From: Promethearchaeota archaeon
GTDB lineage: Archaea > Asgardarchaeota > Lokiarchaeia > Sigyniarchaeales > SOKP01
Direction of reading: 5' to 3'
Length of the DNA stretch: 24,000 nt
Assembly: GCA_019058015.1 (NCBI GenBank)
Contig: JAHLWH010000075.1
Location: 5,260 to 29,259 of the forward strand
Made by a program: the position numbers and the translations under genes. Shown in pieces: positions 21,932 to 24,000 of this stretch. The notes under the pieces were generated by a model, which made no database searches, was not told where the DNA came from, and worked only from the letters and a program-made list of their open reading frames with translations. Position 1 is the stretch's first letter; each line of letters begins with the position of its first letter.

Positions 21932-22864
21932 TTATGACTTCTTTAAAAAATCTGATATTTTTTCAGCGATCATAACAGCTGCTTGAACTTGTGTTTCTTT
22001 TGTTTGGCTTCCAATGTGAGGCGTTAGGATTAAATTACCTTCAAATTCCCATAATTCCTTTTCTTTAAGTGGTTCTTCTTTATACACATCAAGGGCAGCA
22101 CCTCCGATTTCCTTATTTTTCAAAGCTTTCAATAACGCCATGTCATCAATTAATTTTCCTCTAGCAGTATTGATGATTATTGAATTTTCCTTCATTAATT
22201 TTAATCTACTCTCATTGATGATATTTTCAGTTTTAGGTGTTGCAGGCAGATGTAAAGAGATAATTTGAGCATCTTGTAGTAATTCATCTACAGATGAATA
22301 AATACTACACCCTATTTGTTTAGCTTCTTCTATTGCTTTTGGACCTTTACTAAATCGGGAATACACACCAACGCTCATCCCTAATGCTAATGCTCTTTTA
22401 GCCAATTCTTTAGCAATATTTCCAAACCCTACTAAGCCTAATTTTTTCCCTTTTAATGTATAACCTAAGTATTGACTTTTATTCCATTCTCCAATATGCA
22501 TAGTTCGATCTGCATTTGAAATATGTCTTGTTAGAGTAAACATTAATCCTAGCGCTAATTCTGCTACAGAAACGGAAGGTGCCTCTGGCGTATTTAAAAC
22601 TTCTATATTTAATTCTGCAGCTTTTTTCCTATCTACATTATCCAGTCCTACACCTGCTCTTCCAATCACTTTTAAATTGTTTGCATTTTCTAAGACTTCT
22701 GCAGTTAATTTAGTTCTTGAACGAACTACGATTCCATCATATTCTCCAATTTCTTTTTTCAACTCATCATTTGTTATCGTAAAATTCTTTACAACATCAA
22801 AGCCATTATCTTGAAATATTTTAATTCCTTCTTCTTGGAGCTTATCACTAATTAGTATTTTCAT
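21932..22864 (-). CDS. serA: D-3-phosphoglycerate dehydrogenase-like D-isomer 2-hydroxyacid dehydrogenase (short form, no ACT domain)
   Basis: MKILISDKL...YDGIVVRSRTKLTAEVLE...LKVIGRAGVGLDNVD is a PGDH-like N-terminus. NAD motif: GLVGFGNIAKELAKRA. Catalytic region: LTPHIGSQT. The ATG at 22864 is preferred over the TTG at 22873. Confidence 0.85.
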   Translation of the reverse strand: MKILISDKLQEEGIKIFQDNGFDVVKNFTITNDELKKEIGEYDGIVVRSRTKLTAEVLENANNLKVIGRAGVGLDNVDRKKAAELNIEVLNTPEAPSVSVAELALGLMFTLTRHISNADRTMHIGEWNKSQYLGYTLKGKKLGLVGFGNIAKELAKRALALGMSVGVYSRFSKGPKAIEEAKQIGCSIYSSVDELLQDAQIISLHLPATPKTENIINESRLKLMKENSIIINTARGKLIDDMALLKALKNKEIGGAALDVYKEEPLKEKELWEFEGNLILTPHIGSQTKETQVQAAVMIAEKISDFLKKS

Positions 22865-22963
22865 TAATATCAATTTTACATAATTTTATTTAATTGGATA
22901 ATACTTTTAGTAAATTAAGGTTTAAAGAATTTTTTGTTGGTCTTCAAAAAAAAAGAATTGAAA

Positions 22964-24000
22964 ATGACTAAAAAATTATATTGGAAATACCCTTATAAAA
23001 CAAGTTTTAAAGCAGAGATTATTGAACTTAAAGAAAAGGGATTAATTCTTGACAAGACATTATTTTATCCCCAAGGTGGTGGGCAAGTTTGTGATAAGGG
23101 TGTAATTAAGAAAGATAATGAGGAATTTAACGTTAAATTTGTATCCAAAGAGGGACAAAATATATTACATCATTTATCTGGCAGATTTCAGGATTATTTA
23201 AAACAAAAAGATATAATTGATGGAAAGATTGATTGGGAATATAGATATGGAGTAATGCGTGCTCATTCTTCTCAACATGTTTTATCTGCTTTAATTAAGA
23301 ATGAATTTGATATTGATACATCACATGCGAATATTTTTTTTGAAGATGTTTCTCTTCAAATTGCTCAGAGAATTACCCATGATCAATTCAAACATATTTT
23401 ATTGGAATTTAATAAAATCTGTACTATAGAAAATCATCATTTTTATAGTAAATTTATTCCTCTAAAAGAAATTAAAAATCAAAGAGAAATAATCAGAGGG
23501 AAAATCCCAGATGAAGACGTCTTAAGAATTATTGAAGTGGAAAATTGTGATTTAATTTGCTGTGGGGGAACACATGTACAGAATTCGACAGAAATAGGAC
23601 CAATTTATGTGTATGAATTTAGGAAAGGGAGAGTTATTAAATTTATGGTTGGAAATAAAGCGATAAATGAATATTCTAAACAGAATGTTGATTTAATTCG
23701 CATAGTGAGTTCATTAAACATTCCAATTACCAAATTACCAAACAAAATTGAAAAGCAAATTGATTTAATTTCAAATCTTCAAGAAAAAAACAAAATTTTA
23801 GCATTAAAAACATTAGAATTGATTGCTAGAAATCCTAACATGACTCTAAATCAGATTAATGTGGGAGTAATAGAAACAGAAATGGATTATAAGATAATTT
23901 CTAAAAATTTTAGGAATTTTCCACCAAATTATTTGCTAATCATAAAAGATAAGGGAAACAAATTTATGGTTCTTTCGAATAGCCAAAATGCAAAAGCGGA
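22964..24000 (+). CDS. alaX: AlaX-type alanyl-tRNA editing protein (3' partial, runs off window end)
   Basis: It is not in the ORF track because it has no stop within the window. From the ATG at 22964 the frame is open to nt 24000. Motifs: FYPQGGGQ, HSSQHVLS (HxxxH) and CCGGTHV (CxxxH), as in the AlaRS editing / SAD domain. Confidence 0.85.
   Translation, partial: MTKKLYWKYPYKTSFKAEIIELKEKGLILDKTLFYPQGGGQVCDKGVIKKDNEEFNVKFVSKEGQNILHHLSGRFQDYLKQKDIIDGKIDWEYRYGVMRAHSSQHVLSALIKNEFDIDTSHANIFFEDVSLQIAQRITHDQFKHILLEFNKICTIENHHFYSKFIPLKEIKNQREIIRGKIPDEDVLRIIEVENCDLICCGGTHVQNSTEIGPIYVYEFRKGRVIKFMVGNKAINEYSKQNVDLIRIVSSLNIPITKLPNKIEKQIDLISNLQEKNKILALKTLELIARNPNMTLNQINVGVIETEMDYKIISKNFRNFPPNYLLIIKDKGNKFMVLSNSQNAKA

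Overview
This is a visibly AT-rich archaeal window, and its gene content points to an Asgard (Lokiarchaeia-like) genome. All calls come from reading the sequence and ORF translations by eye; no database search was run.

The window falls into four blocks:

- **Block 1 (1-3550): accessory region beside a tRNA.** It lies next to the 3' end of a minus-strand tRNA whose 3' half looks like tRNA-Gly(GCC). It encodes a 5'-partial ParB-like protein fused to a coiled coil with a CxxC hook-like motif, and a translationally coupled unknown gene. It also holds two tandem small winged-helix-like proteins and two convergent ribbon-helix-helix (RHH)-like ORFs. Non-coding features are a ~73-bp imperfect direct repeat exactly 1,040 bp apart and an intergenic array of GCGC cores. 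I read this block as the edge of an integrated mobile element.
- **Block 2 (3582-7606): sugar-utilisation trio.** It contains a PfkB kinase, a DUF2961/GH172-like hydrolase and a GPH-family symporter.
- **Block 3 (8040-12779): eukaryote-like ESCRT locus.** It contains a C4C4 RING-like/zinc-ribbon protein, ESCRT-III, Vps4, a Vps25-like protein with a long N-terminal extension, and a Vps22/36-like EAP30 protein. A Nip7-like PUA protein follows.
- **Block 4 (12910-24000): mostly housekeeping and accessory genes.** These are a PIN toxin-like gene with a small downstream ORF, a NOL1/NOP2/Sun m5C RNA methyltransferase, and a CYTH protein. It also holds an HD hydrolase, HypC, a sugar-1-P nucleotidyltransferase with an SIS-domain protein, DUF1015, a SerA-like dehydrogenase and a 3'-partial AlaX.

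The observations most worth a second look:

- The zinc-finger gene that appears co-transcribed with ESCRT-III.
- The ParB and zinc-hook fusion.
- The tRNA with about 29 nt of extra sequence at non-canonical positions.
- A roughly 436-codon reading frame (14687-15991) split by a single in-frame TAA.
- The repeat and GCGC architecture of the putative mobile element.

I saw no rRNA, CRISPR array, transposase or integrase in the window.
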